From assembly GCA_963777955.1 (NCBI GenBank), contig CAVZSQ010000022.1:959021-1023020 (forward strand): a stretch of DNA of 64,000 bases, given 5' to 3'. The DNA comes from Calditrichia bacterium. Lineage in GTDB: Bacteria; Calditrichota; Calditrichia; JAJRVZ01. Below the pieces are notes generated by a model that saw only the letters and a program-made list of their open reading frames with translations, was not told the origin of the DNA and did no database searches. Both the position numbers and the translations under genes were made by a program. Shown here in pieces: positions 52,046-62,768 of this stretch; the first letter of the stretch is position 1; every line of letters starts with the position of its first letter.

Positions 52046-55000
52046 ATGAAAGAAACAAACTGTTTTTTTTACGCATTCTTTAAGCAAGTATTGTTAATCG
52101 TACTTTTTTTATTCCTTATCGCCGGTTTAAGGCCCGCTGAATTATTCGCCCAGGCGCCGGCCAAACCGCCCTACGGATTGTCGGAAGAAGCATGGTTAAA
52201 AATGCATAAGTTGCCTCCCGCCAATTTCAGCCGGAATGATAACCCGGTGATAAACCAGAACGAAGTCTTTATTAATGGCAGTTTTGAAAACGGCGATTTT
52301 ACGGGTTGGATAACTCAGGATATGAACTCACCGTATTTTGCTCTCCAGGTCGGTGGCGCGGGTATGGACCCGGGTGAGGGATTATTTCTTAGTGCGCCTG
52401 TAGACGGTGACTATGCTGCAGTGCATGGTTGGGACGGGGACGGACCAAATACCATCCGCGTTGCCCAGGATGTGGTGCTGCCGCCGGATGCGGTGTCTGT
52501 GGAATTTGATTATCGTACCGGTTGGAATTTAGGCGACTACGGGGCAATTCTGGACCGGGTATTTTCCGTCAAAGTAGAACCTGCTGGCGGGGGTGCACCT
52601 CTGCAAACAGAAACTATTTTGGTCGCCGAGGCAGGTACCATGGTTCTGGACAGCGGGAATCTGCACGGCTCGGTCAATGTAAGCGCCTTTGCCGATAGTT
52701 CGGTACGTATCAGTTTCGACTGGACAGTTCCGGAGAACTATGCAGGACCGGCTTTTTTCCAGCTGGATAACGTTTATGTCATTCCGGTTGATTCCGGTCC
52801 CCGGATTAGTGTAAATCCCGCAAATATAGATTTTGGACTCCTGCCTGTAGATTGGAGCAGTAAACCGGTTCCGGTAACCATCCGCAGCCTTGGTTCGGAA
52901 AATTTGACAGTATCCGCTATCGCAGATCCGGGATCACCATTCACCCTGAACAATGTTCCCGGCCTGCCGCTGGTCATTCCCCCAGGCGGGATGGAAACGT
53001 TCGAAGTCACTTTTTCACCAGGCAGCGTTGATACATTTTATGCCGCGATTACTGTTAACAGTGATGATCCTGATATTCCCGTAAGGGATATTTTACTGAG
53101 CGGCGAGGGGTTGGTATTTAATCCGGCAGATTCCGGTGTAATGTATGCTTCAACCGGACATATCGACGGTGGGAATCTGATTACCGTAGATACCGGTACC
53201 GGCGGGGGAACCCTGGTCGGATCGACCGGGATGAACTCGGTACCTGGTCTGGCAATCAATTCCAGTGGCGAAATTTATGCAGCCGATGGTGACAACAGTA
53301 ATCTGTATATCATTGATGCGGCCAGCGGCAGGGCAGTACTCGTTGCCAAAACCGGTCTGTTTATGCTACCGGCTCTGGCGTTCGATTCTAATGATATTCT
53401 TTACGGATTGGGAACAGATCCGCTTGATGGGGAATGGTATCTCTATACTATCAGCACTACCACTGGTGTGCCCACTAAAATCGGCAGGGCCGGCCAGGGG
53501 ATCGCCTGGAGAGGTTTGTCTTTTAATCCACAGGACGGCGCCTTATTTGCCTCGACGAGTGGCTCGGAAGTTTATAGCATCGATCCTGCCAATGGAACAC
53601 CTGCTTATATAGGTAACGCCGGTTTATCCGGCGGATTGCCTGATATTCAATTCGATAACGGGGGGACCCTTTATGGCGTAGCCGGCGGCAATCAGATCGG
53701 TGATCTGGTTGTCATCGATCAAAATACTGCACAGCCGTCCCTGATCGGTTCAGTAGGATATTCATCGGTCAGCGGCCTGGCAATGCGGCCTGAGCGCGCC
53801 GGATGGCATACATGCCGGAGTTTTGCCGCGTGAAGCAAATTTCAATAAAGTAGCTCTGGGTTTGAACAGTTTACCGCGATCGGTCACGATTCGCAGCCTG
53901 GGCACGGAAAACCTGACCGTTTCCGGTATAACCGATCCAGGATCACCATTCATACTGAGTAATGTACCTTCATTGCCGGCGGTCATCCCGGCCGGAGGCA
54001 TGGTCACTTTTGAGGTAACCTTTGTGCCCACCACCGAGGAAACATTCAGTGATACAATTACCATCAGCAGCAATTACAGCGAAGAACCGGAAATAATGAT
54101 TTTCCTTTACGGCGAAGGGGTGGACATTGATACAGCAATAACCGGTTTAATGTACGGATCCACCGGATATGATGATGGTGGAAATCTGATTACAATTGAT
54201 CTTAATACCGGTGAGGGAATCCTGATCGGTTCTATGGAACTCGGAGGAGTGCCGGCGATAGCAATTAATTCCAGGGGATTTATTTACGGGATAGATGCAA
54301 ATAGCAGCGACCTCTACCTCCTGGATGCTGCCGATGGAATGCCGATGTACATCGGGAGCACTGGTTTATACATGATGCCGGCGCTGGCCTTTAATGCCGA
54401 TGATATTCTCTATGGACTGGGGGTAGATCCCAGCACAGAAAACTGGTATCTCTATACAATCAATACCTTCAGCGGTGTGCCCACGAAGGTTGGTCCGGCC
54501 GGTCTGGAGATCGAATGGCGAGGAATGTCTTTTCATCCCGTTGACGGCACCTTGTATGCTTGTACCAATAACGGGGATATTTACACCATTGATCAGGCCA
54601 GTGGATTACCCAGGCTATATTGGCTATTTTGAGTTTGATGCCGGCTTGCCGGATATTCAATTCGACGACCAGGGGAATACTCTATGGAGCAGCTGGCGGC
54701 GGCGAGCAGACCAGTGAATTGATTACAATCAATCAATTTACCGGACTGGCGACAGATATCGGTTCTATTGGTTTTTCAGCGGTCAGCGGCCTGGCCTACC
54801 GGCAGGAACATCCGCAGGGGTCACATATTGCGATTTCCCCGCTCAGTATCGAATTCAACCAGACAGGGGTGAATTTCAGCAGTGCTGCGCGCAGGGTCAC
54901 AATTCGCAGTAACGGCACAGAAAACCTGACGGTTTCTGCTATCAACGGTCCGGGAACTCCGTTCATCCTGACCAATCTACCCTCTTTGCCAGCGGAAATA

Positions 55001-56450
55001 CCGCCAGCAGGAACGGTCTCGTTTGATGTCACTTTCTCCCCGGCAAGTGCGGATACTTTTTATGAGGCTATCACCATCAGCAGTGATGATCCGGAAAATC
55101 CGGAAATTGAATTGGCGCTGAGCGGTATCGGAGTTGCGATCGGACTGGCCGAAGTCTGGAGTATTTTACGGCTCCACCGGAAGTGGAGAGAATGGATTGT
55201 TAATCACCATAGATCCCGACAGCGGGACAGGGACTTCGGTCGGTCCCACCGGATTGAACAGGGTACCCGGGCTGGCTATCAATTCCAGTGGAGCAATATA
55301 TGGAGTGGATGGAAACAACGGCGACTTGTACCTGATCGATGCCGACAGCGGTCGGGCAATATTAATCGGTAAAACCAGGATTGATTGGATTCCGGCCCTG
55401 GCCTTTGACAACGAAGATGTTCTATACGGTCTGGGTATGACCTATAATGAAGAGCAGTGGAATCTTTACACTATTGATCCGGTCACCGCGCGGGCTACGG
55501 TTGTTATTCCTGTTAGTTCAAACGGCAACTGGCGGGGTATGTCTTTTAATCCCGTTGACGGCGAATTGTGGGTTTCTACCAGCGGCGACGATATATACAC
55601 ACTCGATCCTGCCACCGGTCAGTCTGCTTATATAGGTATGACGGGCCTGAGTATGGGAATGCCGGGTATTCAGTTCAGCGCTGAGGGAGTTCTATATGGT
55701 GTGGCCGGAGGCAATAGCCAGGAGAACGTGCTGGCCACAGTCGATTTGAGCAGTGGTATCGCCACGGCGATAGGACCTGTCGGTTTCATATCGGTCAGCG
55801 GTCTGGCCATGATGATCGAACCGCCCAAGGTGGCGCAGATCGAGGTGATACCGCTTAGTGTGGATTTCAGCGAGGTGATCATGGGCGAAGAAGGCGCAGT
55901 ACGGACGGTTCTCATCAGCAGTGTGGGTACGGATACCCTGAGGATTACGGCCATTTCGGATCCGGGTTCGCCCTTCAGTCTGACCCGGGTACCTTCCATG
56001 CCGTTGCTGCTTGCGCCCGGAGAAGTGGATACGGTTGAAATAACATTTACGCCTACCGGTCCTGATTCAGCCAATGCTACTTTTAGCATCAGCAGCAACG
56101 ATCCCGATAATACCAGTGTGGAAATTTCTATAGTCGGAGTGGGATTAATTGACGGCGTGAACGGTGTTCAGGAAGGTGGCCTTCCAACCCGGTTCTGTCT
56201 GCATCAGAACTATCCGAATCCCTTCAATCCGCTCACGGTGATCAGGTATGATATCCCGGTGAACAGTCCGGTGAAACTGGAAGTTTACGATTTGCTTGGC
56301 CGCCGCGTAACGATCCTGGTAGATGGAGTGAGGACGCCGGGTATTTACAATGTGGAATGGAATGCGTCGGCATTGCCCAGCGGGATTTACTTCTGCAGAA
56401 TACAGACAAAATCGTACACGGCCAGTAAAAAGGTAGTTTTAATCAAATAA
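52046..56450 (+). CDS. Large secreted protein: jelly-roll-like domain, 3x(Ig-like + beta-propeller), Ig-like, C-terminal sorting-type domain (about 4 frameshifts)
   Basis: ORFs 52046, 53823, 54475, 54620 and 55134 join; repeats TIRS(L/N)G(S/T)ENLTVS and STG...LIT(V/I)D; ends NYPNPFNP...KKVVLIK. Confidence 0.8.
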
Positions 56451-56481
56451 TCTTTGCACCTGAATCTGATTTAAATCAGAC

Positions 56482-56540
56482 AGAAGGCCAAAGGGTAAAG
56501 GCAACGTGTTTTCGTTGACCTTTTTCCTTTGGCCTTTTTC
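56482..56540 (+). terminator. Probable intrinsic terminator built from AAAGG-type repeats
   Basis: AAGGCCAAAGG...CCTTTGGCCTT followed by T-rich tail. Confidence 0.6.
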
Positions 56541-56700
56541 CTATCAACCGAAGTCGTATAGCGTAAAATCTTTTTCTTTTGACTCCGTATATTCAGTTGC
56601 TATATTTATATCGTTAGCATAATTCCATGTTTAATTTATAGTGGATTAAAACCGGTTTTGACATTGAAATCCAATTGCCCAAGATAATATTGAGGTTTTT

Positions 56701-57006
56701 ATGCATTATCTGTTATTCTACGAAGTTACACCTGAATATATCGAACGCAGAAAAGAATTCCGCAATGAGCACCTGAAACTGGCCTGGCAGGCCTGTTCGG
56801 CCGGAGAGTTGATCCTGGGCGGAGCGTTGGCCAACCCGGTTGATGGCGCCGTGCTGCTGTTTCAGGGAAAAACTGCGGCAGTTGCTGAAAAGTTCGTCAA
56901 AGCAGATCCCTATGTGCGGAATGGACTGGTGATAAGATGGTACGTACGGGAATGGACGACGGTGGTTGGAGATAGATCTTCTTCACCCGTCAGACCTGCT
57001 GATTGA
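56701..57006 (+). CDS. YciI-like protein
   Basis: RNEHL, ILGGAL, ADPYVRNGLV. Confidence 0.85.
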   Translation: MHYLLFYEVTPEYIERRKEFRNEHLKLAWQACSAGELILGGALANPVDGAVLLFQGKTAAVAEKFVKADPYVRNGLVIRWYVREWTTVVGDRSSSPVRPAD

Positions 57007-57063
57007 TACCGGCAGTATTCTGGTTAGGAATCCTCTCAGATTCGTCATGAATAAGGAGGTTTT

Positions 57064-57789
57064 ATGCGCTTAATAAATTTAATGATAATTGCTGGTTTCT
57101 TTATGGGTTGTTCTGCAAGTAAAGTTTTAGAAAACAAAGAAAAGAATTCCGAATATACCGAAAGCGAAACAAAATCTGATACTTCCATAGCGCAGGTGTC
57201 AAGCTATGCAATATTCAACTATATCAATTCCCTGGATGCAGATGATTATTATACCTTATTGGATAGTATCAAGAAAGGAACCAGTACAGATTATTTCACT
57301 CTGCGAATGGCTTATACCAAAACAAGAAAATGGTCGCCGTATGATACTGAAATATCCCAAAAACATAAAGAGATAAATTCATTGATTGGTTTTGCAGAAT
57401 ATGACGCAGCTCTGAAAATATCGGAATCTATTCTGGATGAGAATTTTGTTGAGATAAAAACGCAGCTAATAAACGGTTACCTGTATAAATTGTTGGGCGA
57501 TACTGTCAGATCAGTTTTAAATTACAAAATTTATGAAGAACTGTTGAAGTCAATTTATACCTCGGGTGATGGAAAAAGTGCCAAAACTGCATTTATCGTG
57601 ATCTCTACGGACGAAGAATATGTCTTTTTAAAAAGGTTCAATTTACAATTTGCCGGACAATCATTATTATCTGAAGATGGTCATAGTTTTGATTTATTGA
57701 AAGCAATTGATCAGAAAACCAAAGAGGAATTTGACATATATTTTAATATTGATTTGCCGTTTTCTTATCTGAGCGATACTTTTAAATAG
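57064..57789 (+). CDS. DUF4919-like lipoprotein
   Basis: Lipobox FMGC; SGDGKSAKTAFIVISTDEEY; IYFNI. Confidence 0.7.
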   Translation: MRLINLMIIAGFFMGCSASKVLENKEKNSEYTESETKSDTSIAQVSSYAIFNYINSLDADDYYTLLDSIKKGTSTDYFTLRMAYTKTRKWSPYDTEISQKHKEINSLIGFAEYDAALKISESILDENFVEIKTQLINGYLYKLLGDTVRSVLNYKIYEELLKSIYTSGDGKSAKTAFIVISTDEEYVFLKRFNLQFAGQSLLSEDGHSFDLLKAIDQKTKEEFDIYFNIDLPFSYLSDTFK

Positions 57790-57822
57790 GCCATTTAGGC
57801 ACTCGGGATTGGAGAATTTGAA

Positions 57823-58992
57823 GTGTCAAAGAAAAGAATAATTTCTATAATCTTTATTTATCTTCTTTTATCGATCGGTTATACCCAAACCAGGCTTGTC
57901 AGCCAGGAGACTCTGTTTTATTTACCGCAGGGATTTGTGTTGGATGTTTTGTCGGGTTATGGTTACAATAAAAGTACAAAAAGTTCAATTTCCAATATTT
58001 TGGCAGGAAATCCTGCAAATAACCAGGATTTTGACAATATCACGGTTGGATTTTCATACCAATTTGATTCGAAAATCGGTGAGGCCTGGATTGTCGATTT
58101 TGGTCATAGCAGAACCAGGTTATACTTGCCGCAATCTGCTGCAGTTATTGTTCCTTATAATAATTTCAGATTTGGTATCGGTATGAACCAATTATATAAT
58201 TCTGAATTAGATTATGGAACTATTTATGGTGCCAGGCTTAATCCGGACAGTGCACAGGGTTATATTGATATACTTATACATCCTAAAAAAGAGGTAATCA
58301 TATTCAGGAATTCAATTTCAGCATCTTATTGTTTTTCAGAGCATGGCAGTCCATTAAATAGTCTTTGTTTAGGGATTCAGTTTAATAGTAATTATTTATC
58401 CTATAAGTTTAACCTTGGTTATCTCGCTGGATCTGATCCGATTATCCCGGGTACCTCAGAAGTAAATAAAAATTTTTTCGCCAATAATTTTAATGTGGGT
58501 TTCAGATATGGGATACAACCTTCCGCAGGTTCATCGGTAGTTGCCGGAGTTTATTTTGAATCGGCGGTAGATTATGATATTGTGGATGTGGCGGACGGCA
58601 TAAAGTATATCGGACATATCCCGGCTAAATCGAATTTTGGTATAATGTTTGAACCAAATATTAATTTTAATTTTTCAAGTGATTTTTCGTATATATTTTG
58701 GGAGGATATCAATGCTGATTATCAGAACCAGCTGGAATTCGCTCTGAATGGTTGTTTTCGTTTATCAGATAATTTATCTATTTCTGCGGGTATCTTTCAT
58801 ACAGATCGTGTTTATCATTCTGTAAGCCAGGCCTTTGATTTCAGCAGGTTTACAGCCAATTATTTAATCGGTGGGATTGCATTCAGAAATGATTGGCTTA
58901 GTTTTGAACTGGCCATCGCCGATAGCCGCTTGTTTTCGGATGAGTTGAGAGAGCAGTACATAATTAAATCCGGGTTAGGTTTTCAATTATAA
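57823..58992 (+). CDS. Outer-membrane beta-barrel protein
   Basis: Signal peptide, GNPA, alternating strands, C-terminal GLGFQL. Confidence 0.65.
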   Translation: MSKKRIISIIFIYLLLSIGYTQTRLVSQETLFYLPQGFVLDVLSGYGYNKSTKSSISNILAGNPANNQDFDNITVGFSYQFDSKIGEAWIVDFGHSRTRLYLPQSAAVIVPYNNFRFGIGMNQLYNSELDYGTIYGARLNPDSAQGYIDILIHPKKEVIIFRNSISASYCFSEHGSPLNSLCLGIQFNSNYLSYKFNLGYLAGSDPIIPGTSEVNKNFFANNFNVGFRYGIQPSAGSSVVAGVYFESAVDYDIVDVADGIKYIGHIPAKSNFGIMFEPNINFNFSSDFSYIFWEDINADYQNQLEFALNGCFRLSDNLSISAGIFHTDRVYHSVSQAFDFSRFTANYLIGGIAFRNDWLSFELAIADSRLFSDELREQYIIKSGLGFQL

Positions 58993-59019
58993 CTACTATT
59001 GCGAATGGGGTTGCGAATG

Positions 59020-59949
59020 GGGTCGGACCTAAAAATTATGTTGTTTTTATTGGAATTAAGGTTATAAAATGTCAGAAAAAGGGTCTTAAATACCTCTTTT
59101 TCAATGTAAAAACAATTAAAATAATACTATGCCCAGGGCCAATCGCTTCTTTTTACCAGGATATATTTGGCATATAACTCATCGTTGCCATAAAAAGGAA
59201 TTTCTGCTTAGATTTTTAAGAGACAGACAGCGATGGATTTATTGGCTGTTTGAAGCAAAGAAACGTTTTAAACTTGTGGTATTAAATTATATGGTTACAT
59301 CTAATCATATTCATTTATTGGTGTATGATAAAGGTGGTGATTCTGTTATCGCTGATTCCATGCAATTAATTGCCGGTAGAACAGGGCAAGAGTATAATCA
59401 AAGAAAAAATCGAAGAGGAGCATTTTGGCAAGACCGTTATCATGCCACGGCGATTTCCAGTGATCAACACTTTATTCAATGTATGCGTTACATTGATTTT
59501 AATATGGTGCGAGCGGGTATGGTCCACCATCCAAAAGAATGGAAAACCTGCGGATACCATGAGCTCAATAATTCTACTTCTCGAAAAATAATATTAGATT
59601 TACAATCTTTGGTACAGTTGTTTAATTTCAAATCTATTGATGAATTAAAAATTCAATACAATAATTGGCTTGAAAATAATCTGCATGATATCAATTTGCT
59701 TCATGATGACAAATGGTCACAGAGCATTGCGGTTGGTAATCAATTATTTATAGATGAAGTTGTAGGTAAACTGGGGAAAAAGGTAAGTTATAGAGAAATA
59801 GAAAGAAAGGATAATTCATTTATTCTTAGTGAACCAAATTCAAGCTGACATTGCTCATTTTGATACCAAAAAGGGGCATTTAAGGCCCAAAAATACCTAT
59901 TTATGGGACTTAAGTCCTTAATAAACAATCTAAAACTCAGGTCCGACCC
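59020..59949 (+). mobile_element. RAYT/Y1 element bounded by 82-bp imperfect inverted repeats
   Basis: Arms 59020-59101 and 59868-59949 align without gaps; termini GGGTCGGACCT / AGGTCCGACCC. Confidence 0.7.
59129..59848 (+). CDS. REP-associated tyrosine (HUH, Y1) transposase
   Basis: HITHRC, NHIHL (HUH), FWQDRY, YIDFNMVRAG. Confidence 0.9.
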   Translation: MPRANRFFLPGYIWHITHRCHKKEFLLRFLRDRQRWIYWLFEAKKRFKLVVLNYMVTSNHIHLLVYDKGGDSVIADSMQLIAGRTGQEYNQRKNRRGAFWQDRYHATAISSDQHFIQCMRYIDFNMVRAGMVHHPKEWKTCGYHELNNSTSRKIILDLQSLVQLFNFKSIDELKIQYNNWLENNLHDINLLHDDKWSQSIAVGNQLFIDEVVGKLGKKVSYREIERKDNSFILSEPNSS

Positions 59950-59956
59950 GAACAAA

Positions 59957-60577
59957 ATGCAGAATCTGACTAATAAGACTTTTCTACAGGCCGTTTGGTT
60001 GCTTGCCCATAATAACAACGAGTTTAAAATCGTAATTTCAAAGTACGGACCACCCCCTTTCTGGATACGAAAGCAAGGATTTTCAACCCTCCTGTATATT
60101 ATTTTAGAACAGCAAGTTTCATTGGCTTCGGCCAGAGCAACAATTAATAAACTCGTAAAGGTTGTGAAACCTCTGACTCCGCAAAATTTTATAAGGCTGA
60201 CCGATACCGAATTAAAGACCATCGGCTTCAGCCGGCAGAAAATACAATATGGGCGTATTCTGGCCGATTCTATTTTACATCATAATCTGGATTTATCCTC
60301 TCTGAACCGGCTCGATGATTCAGAGGTCAAATCGAAATTGATGAGTATAAAGGGTATTGGTTCATGGACCGCCGATATATACCTGCTCCTGGCCATGCGT
60401 CGACCCGACATCTGGCCGAGTGGAGATTTGGCGCTTGCCATTGCTGTGCAACGGTTAAAGCGTATGCCGGTTAAACCATCGCTACAGGAACTTTCGGATT
60501 TGAGTCTGCACTGGCGACCATGGCGTGCTGTGGCCGCCCGGCTGCTTTGGCATTATTATTTAAACCATGACAGATAA
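59957..60577 (+). CDS. DNA-3-methyladenine glycosylase II (AlkA/HhH-GPD family)
   Basis: ILEQQVS, IKGIGSWTAD, WPSGD, WRPWR; ATG 59957 lies just outside the element end. Confidence 0.88.
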   Translation: MQNLTNKTFLQAVWLLAHNNNEFKIVISKYGPPPFWIRKQGFSTLLYIILEQQVSLASARATINKLVKVVKPLTPQNFIRLTDTELKTIGFSRQKIQYGRILADSILHHNLDLSSLNRLDDSEVKSKLMSIKGIGSWTADIYLLLAMRRPDIWPSGDLALAIAVQRLKRMPVKPSLQELSDLSLHWRPWRAVAARLLWHYYLNHDR

Positions 60578-60727
60578 CCGAAATAAAATCCTGAGGAGAG
60601 AGACAACAGTTAATTAGTGTTTGCTTAGCGGATCAGTTTGGAATGATATGAATTCCTGAATGATAAAATTCCAGATCTGATCAGGATTACTCAGGTTATC
60701 CGGTTTAAAATATAAAAATAGAATCAC

Positions 60728-61105
60728 ATGTATTTATCCAAAGAAAAAATAGTCGAATATATTGAGTTTCTCCTTGAACTTGCAGAGGATAAAAAGAAAA
60801 TGCTTCAGATTGACAGGGAGGATTTTTTCGAATTGGATAATGAGTACAATAAGTTCAAGAAATTAGTTCAACAGTGCGGCGGATTATCTCTGAAATTCAA
60901 AGATTTAATTAACGAATATACTTTCGATCCGAAAGCCCATTTAAAAATTGATGTTTTACCCCCAATCATTCATTTAATTGTTGATCCCGAAGAATTCAGA
61001 CCAGAAAGCGATCGTCTGACTGAACAAGAGCTGGCAGCATTCTCAAATATCGATAGTTTCATACAAAAAATGTATGTCTTGCGAATAGAAGCCTTAAAAT
61101 TATAA
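60728..61105 (+). CDS. Hypothetical protein
   Basis: 125-aa ORF; no family recognised. Confidence 0.55.
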   Translation: MYLSKEKIVEYIEFLLELAEDKKKMLQIDREDFFELDNEYNKFKKLVQQCGGLSLKFKDLINEYTFDPKAHLKIDVLPPIIHLIVDPEEFRPESDRLTEQELAAFSNIDSFIQKMYVLRIEALKL

Positions 61106-61137
61106 ATATAATAAATATCAGAACATAGTCTGCAAAT

Positions 61138-61153
61138 TCAGGTCCGACCCGAA
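61138..61153 (+). repeat. Third copy of the RAYT element end
   Basis: TCAGGTCCGACCCGAA identical to 59937-59952. Confidence 0.8.
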
Positions 61154-61181
61154 TAATACGAATAATAGCGAAGAGGAAATA

Positions 61182-62030
61182 ATGAGTGGAATTGTATTAG
61201 ATGGAAAAATCCTGGCTCAACAAATGGAAAAAGAACTGGTGGTACAGGTACAACGAATTAAGGATAAATCTGCAGGTAAAGCACCCATCCTGGCCACCAT
61301 CCTGGTGGGCGACGATCCTGCTTCAGCAACGTACGTACGGATGAAAGGGAATGCCTGCAAACGGGTGGGTATGGAATCGCTGCAAATTGTCCTGCCTCAA
61401 TCCACCACCACCGATCAATTGCTCGCTGAAATTGACCAATTGAATGACAATCCCGATGTGCACGGAATTCTGTTGCAGCATCCGGTTCCCAAACAGATAG
61501 ATGAACGAAAATGTTTCGATAGAATTATGATCGACAAAGATGTCGACGGTGTGACGGCACTCGGTTTCGGCCGGATGGCCATGAATGAACCGGCCTTTGG
61601 CTCGGCGACTCCGGCGGGAATCATGCGGCTGCTTCATCATTACAGTATTGCTCTGGAAGGAAAAAATGCAGTAGTAGTGGGGCGCAGCCCGATACTGGGC
61701 AAACCCATCGCCATGATGCTGCTCAACGCTCACGCCACAGTCACGATTTGTCATTCGCGCACCCGGGATATTGCGAATATAATCAGCCGGGCCGATATTG
61801 TTGTCGGTGCAGTGGGTAAACCGGAATTTATCAAAGGGGCTTGGATAAAAACGGAAACCGTGGTCATCGATGCAGGTTATCATCCGGGGAACGTCGGTGA
61901 TATCGAACTTGCTGCGGTCATTGACAAATGCTATGCTTATACTCCTGTTCCGGGCGGCGTAGGACCGATGACTATCGCTACCCTGATTGCCCAAACGGTG
62001 GAGGCAGCAGAGAAGAGTCTTTCAATATGA
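61182..62030 (+). CDS. folD: Methylene-THF dehydrogenase/cyclohydrolase
   Basis: [30 protein letters not shown]. Confidence 0.95.
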   Translation: MSGIVLDGKILAQQMEKELVVQVQRIKDKSAGKAPILATILVGDDPASATYVRMKGNACKRVGMESLQIVLPQSTTTDQLLAEIDQLNDNPDVHGILLQHPVPKQIDERKCFDRIMIDKDVDGVTALGFGRMAMNEPAFGSATPAGIMRLLHHYSIALEGKNAVVVGRSPILGKPIAMMLLNAHATVTICHSRTRDIANIISRADIVVGAVGKPEFIKGAWIKTETVVIDAGYHPGNVGDIELAAVIDKCYAYTPVPGGVGPMTIATLIAQTVEAAEKSLSI

Positions 62031-62683
62031 AATACTTTACCTGTGGAATTTTATTAATCTTATATTTGCTTTTACTGGAATCAGGGTGTATTACTACCAA
62101 TTACTATACGGCCCGGACTCTGGAGCAGGGCAAAACGGTTATGACTCCTGGGGTTGATAATTTAATCTTGATAAAAGAGGAGGATGGGACTGTTAAGAAA
62201 GGTTTTTCATTTACCCCGAGTTTAGGTGTAGCCACCGGACTGCCCTGGCGTTTTGAAACCGGAATTCGTCTGTATTTTCCCTATGTACTCGAGGCAAATT
62301 TGCGTCACCAATTCAATCCCAGAACCTTTAAGTGGTTTGATATAAGTGTAAATTTACATATGGGGTTCTGCTTTAATGAAAGATTTGTAGAAGTATCAGC
62401 CCCTTACTATAAATATGGCTTGACCTTAAGTAAAGAAATCTTTTCTGTACAACCGTATGTCAGTTACTATTTAAATAAAAATTTTATGATTGAAAACAGA
62501 TCTGCTGATATCTCCGATTATTCAATTATCTGTTTTGGACTAGCCGTATCCTTTAAGGGCGATTTAATCTTTCCGGAATGGAATTATTATAAAAATAAAG
62601 ACAGCACTTCAGGATATTATTCCTTCGGTATTGGAATCCGAGCAACGATTAAAAAATCAAAAACGTCAAAATATCAGGAATAA
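62027..62683 (+). CDS. Putative lipoprotein / small outer-membrane protein
   Basis: ATG overlaps folD stop; signal ending [13 protein letters not shown]. Confidence 0.6.
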   Translation: MKYFTCGILLILYLLLLESGCITTNYYTARTLEQGKTVMTPGVDNLILIKEEDGTVKKGFSFTPSLGVATGLPWRFETGIRLYFPYVLEANLRHQFNPRTFKWFDISVNLHMGFCFNERFVEVSAPYYKYGLTLSKEIFSVQPYVSYYLNKNFMIENRSADISDYSIICFGLAVSFKGDLIFPEWNYYKNKDSTSGYYSFGIGIRATIKKSKTSKYQE

Positions 62684-62768
62684 TTAAGACATATAGCCAT
62701 CATTCTATTGGTTGCATGCGTTACCATTTTGTAAATTGATAGAAATATCATAACTAAGGAATCGACCA

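Noticed and set aside
52700..56100. DGR template/variable repeat pair within the large repeat protein
   Set aside because: Repeats are diverged throughout at protein level, not adenine-specific; no reverse transcriptase in the window.
59903..59956. N-terminal extension of the AlkA-like ORF
   Set aside because: It lies in the right arm of the RAYT element; ATG 59957 is the more plausible start.
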